IMG/VR virus record: IMGVR_UViG_3300024346_008124
Location: 15,098-79,097 of that record
DNA: 64,000 nucleotides
Reading direction: 5' to 3' (one strand)
Source of the DNA: a virus
Under the pieces are notes generated by a model. That model saw nothing but the letters and a program-made list of their open reading frames with translations. It made no database searches and was not told the DNA's origin. Made by a program: the position numbers and the translations under genes. Below, piece after piece: positions 19,539 to 30,700 of the stretch; the stretch's first letter is position 1, and each line of letters opens with the position of its first letter.

Positions 19539-19867
19539 TGAAGTTAAATTACAAGTTAGGAAACCTTAGCGTAGAATTTGAATGCGATACCCCTAAAGAG
19601 GTGTTTAATCAACTTTCTATTTTCCAAGAGGTTTTTGGAGAAACTAAATGCGGCAAATGCGGATCTGAAAATCTTAGATTTGTAGTTAGAGTCGTAGACG
19701 ATAACCCGTATTACGAAATTAGGTGCATGGACTGCGGCGCAAAACTAGCGTTTGGGGCCAATAAGAAAGGTGGCGGCCTGTTTCCAAGGAGAAAAGACGC
19801 TGAAGGAAACTGGCTTCCAGACAAAGGTTGGACTAAATGGAACGCTAAAACCAAGCAGGTAGAATAA
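19535..19867 (+). CDS. zinc-ribbon protein
   Basis: CGKCGS...YYEIRCMDCGA (two CxxC); ATGA coupling. Confidence 0.75.
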   Translation: MMKLNYKLGNLSVEFECDTPKEVFNQLSIFQEVFGETKCGKCGSENLRFVVRVVDDNPYYEIRCMDCGAKLAFGANKKGGGLFPRRKDAEGNWLPDKGWTKWNAKTKQVE

Positions 19868-19921
19868 TTTAGGATTCACTTTATCGTTATGACTAGATCA
19901 TAATTCACAGTATAGTCCTAT

Positions 19922-19954
19922 AAAAAAACCCCGCCGTGATTGGCGGGGTTTTTT
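19922..19954. terminator. bidirectional Rho-independent terminator
   Basis: AAAAAAACCCCGCC-GTGATT-GGCGGGGTTTTTT: GC stem with A-tract and T-tract, lying between convergent operons. Confidence 0.93.
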
Positions 19955-19978
19955 GTCTCTAGGTACAAGTGACAAACC

Positions 19979-20971
19979 CTACAGATACTCTAAAGCTACA
20001 TAAAGACCAAATTGCTCCTTGGAGCCAATCGCAAGAGGACTAGCCGAAAGCGCAACACACCAAGTGTGGTGAGTATGAACCCCCGTGCCGCCAAATGTAT
20101 ACTTTTTACCATTTGTAGAATCTCCGTCCATCGTTCCGATTCCGGGATGGTAGATTGAGTTTTGCTTAGTGGAGTCTATGTATTGGGACCACTTAGGCCA
20201 AACCAAACCGTAGTTAGTTCCGTCTGGAGTTCCCGCAGGCGAACCCGCGATTTCTTGAAGACCCTTTTGACCACTTCCGGGAGAGTCTAGCAAAGGAACA
20301 ATAATTCCCGTTCCACCGGCAGTTTCGTCGTCACCAACAGCAACTCCATTTCCAACTCTACTGTCGCCATTTACGACAGCGGCGGTATCTAGACCGTTGT
20401 AGAACTTCGTACCAAGACTATTCTCATAGAAATTTTGAGCAGAAACTAATTGAGCGGGCCAAGGCTCTCCCCACCAAAAAGCGTCCCCACTTCCACAGTG
20501 ATTTGAAGCCACTCCGTCAGCCCCTTGAGAAACCGGATTTGCTCCATTCCAGTTCACAACTTCCGCCACCTTTGTGTTCACGCCGCTGGCCGGGCTATTG
20601 ATATTAGTTCTATCGTAAATTCTTAGCTGGCAATTTTGGGTTTTTACAGGGGTCGTGTGACCAAACCTAATACCAAGAGTTGTTTGATAGCTCACTACAC
20701 CACTCAGGCCAACGTTGAAAGTTGAAGCGCCAGCACTGCCTACAACACACTGACCACTAGGAAATACAGAACTTCTGTATTTAACGTTGTTTGTCTGCCC
20801 CTTGGTTTCGCTACCGTCACCATTTGAAACAAACGTACCGTCTTGATATGCACCAATCTGCACAGAAGATCCAGCCGTTGCTCCAAAAAATCCGAGTCCA
20901 GAACCCGATAAGGTTTCTGTATCTGGAACCATTTGGTTGCTGTAATTTACCTGAAAGTCTATAATCGCCAT
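19979..20971 (-). CDS. putative virion structural protein (Gly/Ser-rich, beta-rich)
   Basis: 330 aa, AAGGAG RBS, own GTGTAT-N6-TAG motif upstream, last gene of the tail module. Confidence 0.6.
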   Translation of the reverse strand: MAIIDFQVNYSNQMVPDTETLSGSGLGFFGATAGSSVQIGAYQDGTFVSNGDGSETKGQTNNVKYRSSVFPSGQCVVGSAGASTFNVGLSGVVSYQTTLGIRFGHTTPVKTQNCQLRIYDRTNINSPASGVNTKVAEVVNWNGANPVSQGADGVASNHCGSGDAFWWGEPWPAQLVSAQNFYENSLGTKFYNGLDTAAVVNGDSRVGNGVAVGDDETAGGTGIIVPLLDSPGSGQKGLQEIAGSPAGTPDGTNYGLVWPKWSQYIDSTKQNSIYHPGIGTMDGDSTNGKKYTFGGTGVHTHHTWCVALSASPLAIGSKEQFGLYVALEYL

Positions 20972-20998
20972 TTGAAATTCTCCTTGATTAAGGTTTGT

Positions 20999-21013
20999 CT
21001 ATATAAGATACAC
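20999..21013 (-). promoter_or_regulatory. putative phage late promoter GTGTAT-N6-TAG
   Basis: Minus strand GTGTATCTTATATAG; same spacing at 51456-51470 and 54979-54993. Confidence 0.65.
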
Positions 21014-21027
21014 AATTATTAGTAAAA

Positions 21028-21333
21028 TTAGGTTTTTTTCTTTCCGCAAGATTTGCATCCTCCAGATTGATTTTGGTTTAAAGCGCCCCATTTTCCGATA
21101 GGGCAAGACTCTGATGCCCAGCTAGTCTTTATACTAAGAAAACAGCCGCACTGACCACAAGAAGGATTATCTTGTGGAGGTAGTAAAAAATCACATCCAG
21201 CACACATTCTCATTCTATGCTGCTTGACATTTTCGGAAACATGCTCAAATCCTGAAGCGACGTGTTTAATAGATGCTCTTGTGAAATTTTCTGCTTTTTT
21301 AATAAAGTTTGGAGGTTTGTTGTTTTCGTTCAT
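21028..21333 (-). CDS. small Cys-rich protein (DUF6171-like)
   Basis: R...CAGC...CGQCGCFL..K......CPIGKW, plus C-terminal GCKSCG. Confidence 0.7.
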   Translation of the reverse strand: MNENNKPPNFIKKAENFTRASIKHVASGFEHVSENVKQHRMRMCAGCDFLLPPQDNPSCGQCGCFLSIKTSWASESCPIGKWGALNQNQSGGCKSCGKKKT

Positions 21334-21343
21334 TTTATATATC

Positions 21344-24300
21344 CTAGTATGTATCTGTTATGTCGCCTATTATAAAGAAGTATTCATTCAATGGAACGGT
21401 TTTAATTGTTTTTATATATCCAAGCTGGGGAAATCTTACAGGACCGAATAACGATGCATCTCCCAAAGATCCCGAAAAACCTCTAGGTTCAAAAGATAGA
21501 ACTTCAGAATTTTCATTTATCTTTTTATAGTTATCGCTTGTGCCAAATCCGGGCATTTCACTGCCTTCCGTAATTACAAACGGGGATTTGTACCCAAAAG
21601 ACTTGTCGTTTTGATTTTCAGTAAAATCAAAAGACCCGACTTTAGGAAGCGTAGGAACAGAAGGTTTACCGTAACGGCGTTGCAAGGTGTAAATATCCAT
21701 CCCTAAGCTAGCCTGCAACACCGATACAACATCCTCAATAAGCACAGACCTTTCTGGAATAAAGTTGCCACCCGGAGGAATTGGTAGTCCCTGCGAATAT
21801 AATCCACAAGCGCTACCAGAAACCGCCCTCCTAAAATTCTCTTTAGTTACCGTAGTATATCCTGCGTTACCATTAATTCCATTTAGATGCTCATACAACA
21901 TATTTGAAATTGTATCAAACTGAAGCGAAAATCCAAACCGCTCTTCAAAGAATCTTACCACGGTTTTTATAGTTTCTCTAAGGTTTTCTAAAAATATACC
22001 GCCATTTTTATCTGCATAAAAACTTGAAACATACCCATCTTTCTGAACCCCATCAGGAGGATTACCCATCAAAGTGGGCCTAGCCTTATCTAACCCGGCA
22101 GGCCAATTAAAATATACAAGCCCTTCAATCTTGCTAACCAAAGTTAAAATGGAGGTATAGGTATTATCTGATTCTGGTATGGTATCTAAAATACTACCTA
22201 TATCAGAAATATCCTTGTCAGATAAAAATATACTATTGTGCCTGTTTCTCCACCCATCAAAACTATTTCCCTTCAAAATATCTCTACTATCAAGGCCAAA
22301 TCTGAAAGGCTTGTACTCAAGAGATGTCGTTATGTGCGCCACAGGAGAGGCTTCATTATTAGCCAATTCCCAACCGCTTAGTAAGTTACAATAATCAAAA
22401 AACAGACGAGGAAGTTTTTTACATTTGTCTATTTTAGACTTTTCAACTATTTTCCTATAGTAAAGTCTTGGTGTTGCTTGGTTGGTTTCTGTGACAATAC
22501 CGAAGTATGTAATAACAGATCCGCAAGAACCTCTAGCGATATCTTCTAAAAAATATTCTCCACTAAATCTATCAGAGTCATTGGTCGTATATGTAGCATG
22601 ATAAGCAAACGGCCCTGCTGTGTCTCCTTCTGCGACTTCTATATCTTGAGGAGGATCACCACTTATTCTTCCGTGTCCAGTAACAGAAGAGCAAGCCGGT
22701 CTTGCAATTTCAAAACTCTGCTCACTACAGAGATCGCACGACGGCTGAACTATTAAGGGTCTGATGTCAAACTCGTTTACATCACGATCAAACCCACCTT
22801 TATCTTCAACAGATTCAAAATCAACATCAAAAGTTCTTACAATATTTGTAAAGGGCTGAGTAAAATAGCTAGCGTCATTTAATAAAACCTCAGCATCCAC
22901 CGTTACCAATGACGCATCCGCGAATGTGTCATCGACTATTAAGCTAACTATCTTCGTAAGCTCAGTAAATCTTGGAATAAGAGCATCAGAAAATAAGCTA
23001 GATGCAGGAGTTGTTGTTTGGTTGCAAGTCGTAGCAATTCCAAAATCCCATGTATTAACAAGACCTAGCCATTCATCTTTATTTTGAGCAGAAACTGCAC
23101 CCTCTACCGTGTATCCGTTTTCACCCCCGTTATACCAAAAAAATGGATCATTTGGACCCGCTCTTTCAATTCTGTCAGACGTATATGTAGAAGAATATAA
23201 GCCCCCATCCAAGAATAATTTAACACCATCTCTTATCTCATACTCTCCGGTAGATTTCTTAAAAGTGAACCCCTGAGCAGATTCAAGTGGGCCAATGTTT
23301 TCTCCTTTTTGATTGATATAGAAATAAGAACCTTCTTCATATGTGACCGTAGAGACAATGCCCGCTAAGACCTGCCCTTCTTCAGCCTCTTCTCCTTCGC
23401 TAACATACAACTGTTCAATCTGCCCCTTTACAGGAGATACAATGTTTTCAATAATGTCAACAGTTGCCAGCTTCTGGTTTTTAGAAAGTTCTTCGCCTAT
23501 CGTTATATTTAGAGTAATTCTTCCGCTCACTTCAGAAACAACCTCCCTTGTGGTGCTTCCAACTTCACCAATCATAACAACATCGCCAGCCTTAACGATG
23601 TCCCCATTGTTAACTTTTATTTCTGTTATACTTCCTGCAAAAAAGTCCCATTTAATTTCTTCTACATCGGTAATTATTTCAAAAAGGTTGTCACCAGCAT
23701 CTACTAACTGACCTACAAAATTATCTTTGTTGTATATTTTTGAAACTGTTGCATCTTTGGGGGCAACAACAGACGTAAAAGAATGCCCTTCTTCTTCAGG
23801 GTCCAAAGGAACAGTTACATCAACTCCAATCTTGTACCAATATTTATCAACATCTGTATCTTTTATCAATGAAACTATTTGTTCTACATAGGGATGGTTC
23901 AGCTTGGTTTTATTTAAGAGCATGTTAACAACTGGTATATACTGTTGATATAGCAAGGTCGCATATTTATTTTGAATAGCCCACGTAGCTTGCGACATAT
24001 CAAACTTAGTAAAACCAAGATTATTAGATCTATCAGGAGATGTGTTATCGTCGAAATATCGCCTATAGAAAAGCATATCGTTTTCAAACTTTCCAGAGCA
24101 GCCGTCTTCTCCATCGCTAGCGTTTGCTCTGAATCTAAGGCCAGCACCAGCACTATAAAAAGGCAGGAAAGACGAATCTTCTCCCTGAACGGTCATTGAA
24201 TACTCGCTTTCGCCAGATGTTATTTCAGTCAAGAAAGCATTTATGATTTGAGAAGCTTTTCTTCCGTATCCTAAATCTAGACCACCATATGCTGCTCCAA

Positions 24301-27300
24301 CAATAAAATCTTTATGATTTTCTATATTGAAAGAATACGGATATGAAGCTCCCGTGCTTTTATCAACTTCAGAAAAAACATCTCCAGCTTCAGACCAGCT
24401 AACCTCAGAAAGTGATATTTGGTGATTTTCTCCATATTTATTCTCAACGGAGTTGGCAGAAGTACCTATGATATCAAGAACCCTATTTTGACTTTCGCTA
24501 AAAAGACCGCCCGCATCAACATGATAAGTATCGCTACCCATTGAAAATATTCTTCTAGTTTCCTCAAGGGGTTTTTCAACACTAAGCGGGTTTTCAGGAG
24601 TTTTTTTACGAGTGACAATCTGCCACGTACTGTTGTATCCATCCTGAACACCCACAGCTTCATAAACCTTGATACTGGGATTTTCATTAGTTGGCCCTAT
24701 TGTAATCGAGTTTGAGCCAATCCGGGTTGTGTGACCAAGCGGATTATTACCAGCATAGTCAACAGCGATATGAGGAATCCCAATTCTACCAGCGTCACAA
24801 AGAATGATACTGCGGTCAATAGATATAACACCATCTTCGGGCAAGTCAAAATACTTATTTTCAACAGCGGGATATCTTGGTAATGTCGAAAAACATGCCG
24901 CATATACAATCTGTTGTTCGGGAATATAGGTCGCTAGAACAATATCCACACAACTTTCAAACTGAAAAGACCCTCCCCACTCCGCCGCTTCTCTTTCGTG
25001 ATTTAAAATAGTAACGCATCCATAATCAGCGCGAGATAGCTTAGAACGATCTCCAACGTCCCAGTCGCTTTCTAAAAGCTTCCATTCAAAATTATGTTCC
25101 ATAGCAAGACACTCTTTAGGACAGCTATCGTTTATGTCTTCTCTTGCAAGCTTTAAAGGATAAAATTCGTGTTGTCTTAGCTTAAATCTAAACTTGGCAG
25201 CACTAAATTTTCCATAATGAGGAACGGCGTCGTATGCATGTATTTCATTAGGAGAAAATAACTCTAGATCCGAATCTACATCTACTAGAGCGCTCCCGGA
25301 CTCTATGGCGCAACCCCTAATATAAAGACTAGTTAAATAATTGTTTCTAGAAAAACCTCCTCCGGGAGAAATTGACCCAAATCGGTCCACGGGCAGGATG
25401 GGCGGTCTGTATTTTTTATCCACGTTCATAACTGATTTATTAAAAACATATCCCCCTACAGCGCTAGACACAAGCTTTTTAGGGTCACATGTAACACCTT
25501 GGAGCGTACCTTGCCGAAGTCCGCTACTGGTGTTAAAAACCGGAAAACTGGTTCTTATGCAATATTGATCGTCTATGTCAGTAATCCAACAGCTATGATC
25601 CCCAAAACAATCAGGAGATTTGTATTGACCGAATGATGTTTGATTGTGGGGAAGTCCCGCAAGGGGATAATCAAATCCAAAACTTGGACGATTAGAAGCT
25701 GCTAAAAACTCTCTTACAATATAGTCCTTACCCATAAACGTAGAAGAGCCTTCAAGCACTCTGTATTTCAATCTGTAAATATACTTTGCTTGGTCAGACG
25801 TAGGCTTAAAAGTATAACTCCAATGTGTTCTTTCGGAGTGGCCGTTTCCCTCATTTAAAACAAAGTCTCTGGGGCTGGTTAAGAGTTTACTTTTAGAGTT
25901 TGAAACTAAGCCTGTAGCGTAAGATCCCAACTTTTCATCTGGCAATATGTCAACACCTATTGGACCTATATCAACAAGAGGTAGCCCAACCACTTTAGGA
26001 TCTATAACATCAAGATTAACCACATCTCCAAAGTCGCCAGCGGTGGCCCTTCCTGTTGGGGGCGAGTTGTATTGTTGCATCAGGGCTATATGGTGGATGT
26101 TAGTAAAATTCTCGTAATTTGCAACAAGTTCTAGATCTCTATCGTAAGAAAGTTCATAAAGAACCTGCAAATAAGTTTCAGCAACTCCTGATTTTAAATT
26201 GCTTGTTTTGGGTTTAAATAATTCAAGCTCTATTTTTCCACCAGAAACAAAATAGTTTGGCCCAGATAAAAATGAATCAAAATCAAATCTAGTGTCCATA
26301 AATGATTTTTTAGAAACATATTCCCCATCTTCTGTTCTGGTATAAAGAGTCCTCCATTCTTCAAAATTAGAGGAATTTAGTAAAAAATTAGGACGTAAAA
26401 TCTCGTTACAGGCAGTGTCTTCAGAACGCGGAGTTGTTTCAAGATCAAAAGAAATGTATTCTGCTTCAAGCCTGCTGTCACCTCCCATAAAACGATTAAA
26501 AGTTTGAGTTTTTGGAGGCGGTTCTTTGGCAGCAGATCTCACTTTTGATTCGCACCCAGACAGTGTTATCTGTTCTTCTATTCTTTCTGTTTTATATTCT
26601 CCACCGTTCATTGGATTTTCTGGATCGGTAGGAATAAATGTTGTTTTTGTTTCTTTAAAAAACTGAGGAGCATTATATAAATCCGCACCACTTATTCTTC
26701 TAAGCTCAATAAGAGCCTGATTGCAAATAAAATCGCCCGTCCCGACGTTTGGACAATCTATCAATAGAACATAAGAACCATTAGAATCAATTTTGCCGTA
26801 AGGTATTTGTACATCTTTTCCATAACCGTCATTATTAACATTGGCCGTGCTTCCCGAACTAATTGCTGAAACTTGCATTGAGTTATATGCTGTATATGGA
26901 AATGTTTTTAAAGATCTAAAAGCACCACCTTCAAACTGATCCTCATGATCATCTCTTAAATTTACATCCTGTTCTCTATATTCTATTTTCGCAATTCCGT
27001 CTATAGTAGAAAACCCCGTATATACACGATCAATATCTGGATCATCAATTTTTTCAGATATTTCTGCTCCATTAAACACTTTATCAATAACAGTTGTTTC
27101 ATATTCAAACATACCATTGCCAAACACTGCGTCAAACTCTTCTACACTGTTTGGCATTGACTCATCTTCTGCCAGCTTATAAATATCAACCCCTATTCCA
27201 TCTGTTTCTAAATTTTCAGACCTTTCTTCAAAACTACTTGGAAGAAAAGAGGCGGGAACAATACGGCTAAAGTCTACTTCTGACAAATCTTCAATATCTT

Positions 27301-27766
27301 CAGAACAAGATTTTATAATCTCACCAAATTCAAAAATATCTCCGCTCGGATCATACGAGTAATCGAAAGCCTCTGGCCTAAAGTATATACTGTCTATAAA
27401 ATTATGACCAAAAGAATTTACCTTGCCCCAGTCGTAAACGTCATCTATTTCAAAACGAAGCGCAACTTTTCTTTTTGTAGTATACTCAATTCTATATATG
27501 TACCGCCTACTACCCTTTTGGAAAAAGTATGAATCTTCACCTTTAAGGTTGTAAAATTTTCCAGTATCATCCTGAAAAGAAAAAGTTTCTTCTTTTATAA
27601 GTTTTTCTGGCTCTCTTTGGCTTGGTCTCCAGCTATTAACGGACCTATGCACCTTGGCCTCGACTTCTACAAAGCTTTTCATTTCTGAATTAATATAGCG
27701 ATCCACATCAAAAAACACGGTTTCTTGATCACAGTTAAGCTTACCACAACAACAATTAGTTCCCAT
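21344..27766 (-). CDS. giant tail-associated protein (2140 aa) with N-terminal CCC and internal biotinyl/lipoyl-like (barrel-sandwich hybrid) domains
   Basis: Long ORF in the tail operon; MGTNCCCG start; AGSITEIKVNNGDIVKAGDVV...VSEVSGRI and IVSPVKGQIEQLYVSEGEEAEEGQVLA. Confidence 0.7.
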   Translation of the reverse strand: MGTNCCCGKLNCDQETVFFDVDRYINSEMKSFVEVEAKVHRSVNSWRPSQREPEKLIKEETFSFQDDTGKFYNLKGEDSYFFQKGSRRYIYRIEYTTKRKVALRFEIDDVYDWGKVNSFGHNFIDSIYFRPEAFDYSYDPSGDIFEFGEIIKSCSEDIEDLSEVDFSRIVPASFLPSSFEERSENLETDGIGVDIYKLAEDESMPNSVEEFDAVFGNGMFEYETTVIDKVFNGAEISEKIDDPDIDRVYTGFSTIDGIAKIEYREQDVNLRDDHEDQFEGGAFRSLKTFPYTAYNSMQVSAISSGSTANVNNDGYGKDVQIPYGKIDSNGSYVLLIDCPNVGTGDFICNQALIELRRISGADLYNAPQFFKETKTTFIPTDPENPMNGGEYKTERIEEQITLSGCESKVRSAAKEPPPKTQTFNRFMGGDSRLEAEYISFDLETTPRSEDTACNEILRPNFLLNSSNFEEWRTLYTRTEDGEYVSKKSFMDTRFDFDSFLSGPNYFVSGGKIELELFKPKTSNLKSGVAETYLQVLYELSYDRDLELVANYENFTNIHHIALMQQYNSPPTGRATAGDFGDVVNLDVIDPKVVGLPLVDIGPIGVDILPDEKLGSYATGLVSNSKSKLLTSPRDFVLNEGNGHSERTHWSYTFKPTSDQAKYIYRLKYRVLEGSSTFMGKDYIVREFLAASNRPSFGFDYPLAGLPHNQTSFGQYKSPDCFGDHSCWITDIDDQYCIRTSFPVFNTSSGLRQGTLQGVTCDPKKLVSSAVGGYVFNKSVMNVDKKYRPPILPVDRFGSISPGGGFSRNNYLTSLYIRGCAIESGSALVDVDSDLELFSPNEIHAYDAVPHYGKFSAAKFRFKLRQHEFYPLKLAREDINDSCPKECLAMEHNFEWKLLESDWDVGDRSKLSRADYGCVTILNHEREAAEWGGSFQFESCVDIVLATYIPEQQIVYAACFSTLPRYPAVENKYFDLPEDGVISIDRSIILCDAGRIGIPHIAVDYAGNNPLGHTTRIGSNSITIGPTNENPSIKVYEAVGVQDGYNSTWQIVTRKKTPENPLSVEKPLEETRRIFSMGSDTYHVDAGGLFSESQNRVLDIIGTSANSVENKYGENHQISLSEVSWSEAGDVFSEVDKSTGASYPYSFNIENHKDFIVGAAYGGLDLGYGRKASQIINAFLTEITSGESEYSMTVQGEDSSFLPFYSAGAGLRFRANASDGEDGCSGKFENDMLFYRRYFDDNTSPDRSNNLGFTKFDMSQATWAIQNKYATLLYQQYIPVVNMLLNKTKLNHPYVEQIVSLIKDTDVDKYWYKIGVDVTVPLDPEEEGHSFTSVVAPKDATVSKIYNKDNFVGQLVDAGDNLFEIITDVEEIKWDFFAGSITEIKVNNGDIVKAGDVVMIGEVGSTTREVVSEVSGRITLNITIGEELSKNQKLATVDIIENIVSPVKGQIEQLYVSEGEEAEEGQVLAGIVSTVTYEEGSYFYINQKGENIGPLESAQGFTFKKSTGEYEIRDGVKLFLDGGLYSSTYTSDRIERAGPNDPFFWYNGGENGYTVEGAVSAQNKDEWLGLVNTWDFGIATTCNQTTTPASSLFSDALIPRFTELTKIVSLIVDDTFADASLVTVDAEVLLNDASYFTQPFTNIVRTFDVDFESVEDKGGFDRDVNEFDIRPLIVQPSCDLCSEQSFEIARPACSSVTGHGRISGDPPQDIEVAEGDTAGPFAYHATYTTNDSDRFSGEYFLEDIARGSCGSVITYFGIVTETNQATPRLYYRKIVEKSKIDKCKKLPRLFFDYCNLLSGWELANNEASPVAHITTSLEYKPFRFGLDSRDILKGNSFDGWRNRHNSIFLSDKDISDIGSILDTIPESDNTYTSILTLVSKIEGLVYFNWPAGLDKARPTLMGNPPDGVQKDGYVSSFYADKNGGIFLENLRETIKTVVRFFEERFGFSLQFDTISNMLYEHLNGINGNAGYTTVTKENFRRAVSGSACGLYSQGLPIPPGGNFIPERSVLIEDVVSVLQASLGMDIYTLQRRYGKPSVPTLPKVGSFDFTENQNDKSFGYKSPFVITEGSEMPGFGTSDNYKKINENSEVLSFEPRGFSGSLGDASLFGPVRFPQLGYIKTIKTVPLNEYFFIIGDITDTY

Positions 27767-27769
27767 TTA

Positions 27770-30700
27770 TTACTCCGTACAGCTAACCCAAAGTGGTGTC
27801 CATTCATAATTTAATCTAGCGACTACAATAAATACATTTGCCCCAGCCGTTGCGGTCAAGTTAACATCTCTATTGTAACAGGTTATAATTTCTCCTAAGT
27901 CTTCAAGCGCTCCTTCGCCCTTCTCTTCTCCTGTTTTTCTTAACACGTTGACAGTGAAATTACTTGGCGACAGCACAGAAGGCGCGGCAGTTATGTCTGT
28001 AGCAAGAGTTCCGCATAATATTTCTGGGCCGCCTGACCAAACCTTTCTTTCTTTATCCCACAAAAATCTTATAGGGCCACTTTTCATAAGCTTAGGATTT
28101 GTTTGAAAGTTTGGATCATGACTTCTAAGATCTCCATCAATATTAGGAACAGGATTATATGCTATATCCCATCCCCAACCTTGACCAGTCATAGGTAACT
28201 TATAAGCCATATACCTTACTCTATTAACTGACTTTCTTTCTGACTCTTCCATCTTTTCAGGATTAAGATCCGACGTAGGATCGTCATCAATAGCAGAAAC
28301 AATAGCGCTGTCATGATTGTTATTCATCATTTCACTGCCGTCATCTCCATGCACCGCTGTTGAAAATACAGGATCTGCTTCTTCCCCAGAAGGCAAAACG
28401 CCACCAACAGGCTCATCTGTAACTTCTACTTTTTCTAAAGATGACATTTCTTCATTTTCTGAATCTTTATTTTTTCTTGTTTCAACCGGAACCATTTTGG
28501 CGTCTTCTGAATTTCCCGCCATTCTGTTAAATTTCTCAGGATTATTCGCGGCCTGAGCAGCAGCGTCACTAATATTTATACTAGATACTTCTGACGTTCC
28601 AGCGAAATTTCCTCCGGGTGGAAATATTTGAGCGAGACTAAAACCCATGTTAGGACGATTTTGCCTTTTAGCCAACTGCTCCATTCTAGACTCCTGCTTT
28701 ATAGGAAGGAATGGTCTTTTTGTTATCTTGTCTCGCTCTCTTTTTGCAAGCTCTAGGCTGGCTTTGTTGATTCTTGAAATTCTATCAACATTATATTTAG
28801 CTAGCTTACCAAACTGAGGGGTCCAAGTGTTAAATTTATAAGTAGTTTTAAAGCCGCTAGTGTCAATTGTAAACGACATATCTGTAACATAAGGGCCGCC
28901 TCCCGCAAATCTTTCTGCTATATTGTAAGCAGGAAACTCTGCTAATTCTACATATCCAGTTTCTGAAGCCGCCAATGCCGCAGTGCCAACTTGAGCAAGA
29001 GATTCGCCAGCCTCGTTCATACCAGCTACAGAACCAAAGGTTTCTGGCACAAGACTTTCTTCAGATATCACCTCGGACTTACCAGCCAAGCTTCCGCCAC
29101 GCCACGGACCCCAAACATATCTATTACTTTGTTGAGAAACACCAAAAGAAAAAGGAGGAACCACCTTGGGGGGAATTGCTATTTGGGTATTAGGCTTTCC
29201 GGGTCCAATATAATTTTCTGGCGGAATATCAATGTCAAAAAATCGCTTGGCTAACACCGTCAAACCAAAATCTGGTGTAGTGATATCATCATATTCTTTT
29301 ATTTGTTGCCCAGCGTTCATAACGACAAAAGGCTTATCTCCTGCCCCAAAATTAAAAAAGTAAGCGCTTTTTTCTATACTACATCCCGCACTAGCCACCC
29401 CTTGCCCAATGTTGTCAAGCCTGTCAAAATTCTGAGTAAACATATTTCCAGTATAGCCAGCATACTGACTACCCAAAACACTAAAGTCTCTGTTACCGCT
29501 ATAACTCCACTCTACATAAGTCTTAGTCCTTCCTGAGCTATCAAAGAAAGCAACATCACTAAACCTATTAGCGGGATCAAAAGAAGAATCCAGAGCCTCC
29601 CAAGAGGTTTCGTATTTTTGATCTTCTGTTATAAATCTAAGATTATTGTCAATACCCCCCGGTTCTTCCGGCATACGTAAAGCAAACATTTTTCCATAAA
29701 AGCTGCTTGCAACGTTCTGTACAGCCGCCCAAATTTTCTCAGTGTAATCTTTAGCCTCTCTTGCATAACTGTTAGCGAAGTCTGTATCGTACCCCTTTTT
29801 AGCGGTGGTCAAAGATGTAGACGCTAAACTCATAGCGCCCCTGTTACCAGCGGCCAAAGCCCGCAAAGTTCCTTCATCAATATCTATATCAACACACCAA
29901 GGGTCGTCTTCGTATTTCCCATTTGCAACAGACTCAAAAACTTTAAACGTTTGCCAAGAGTCTCTACCTCCGGTAGCCATCCTTAATTCAAAAACCGTAG
30001 CCTCGTAGCTAGAAAAATAACTAAAAGGATCTACCCATACAGGGATCTTGTTATCGTCTAAATAGCTCAATCCAGTAGGGTTCATTTGAAAATCAAACAT
30101 ATATTTACTATCTTGCTTTTTTGCCCAGATAGGATAGCTGTTTGTATCAGTACGTCTTGTCACAAGCCTGCTTGCAGGGCCGCCCAAAACTATTTTTTGA
30201 GTAGTGTCGTCTGTCAATTCTTCACCAATAGAAGAACTCATAAGAACGCCCCCGGACTTAAAGCTCTCAACTAATGAACGAACGACTCCGCCCGTGGGAG
30301 GTTGCCCCTTATCTATGCTTTTAACCTTTATTATAGGGTCTATTAGTTCAAAACCTCCCTGAACAGGATTACCGTCTTCGTCTACTATAGTTTCAGGATC
30401 TTTTGCGACGACTGTGATAAAATAGTCATGCTGAACCAAGTCGCCAACGTCAGATATAAGGCTGTTTATACTTTGAGAAACGCCAGAAAACCTATAGTAT
30501 TCTGGAGCTATTGCGGATATTTCACTTAAATCTATCTTATAATATTCTTGAGGACCAAAAGCGCATTTATGGGCAAAGCTAGCGCCTTCATTTTCGTCAG
30601 GACACGATAACTTTTCTAAAGTTCTCAATAGCTTGTTGGCCGGAAATCCTACGCTATTTGAGTCCGAGCCTCCAAAATTTCCACGAACACCGTCTTCTCT

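Noticed and set aside
19887-19903. Small inverted repeat TTATGA-ctaga-TCATAA
   Set aside because: Only a 6-bp AT-rich stem with no second copy noticed; could be chance.
23340-23790. Auxiliary metabolic gene (biotin carboxyl carrier or dihydrolipoamide acyltransferase)
   Set aside because: The acceptor Lys motif (MKM/DKA) is absent and the segment is internal to a 2140-aa tail-operon protein.
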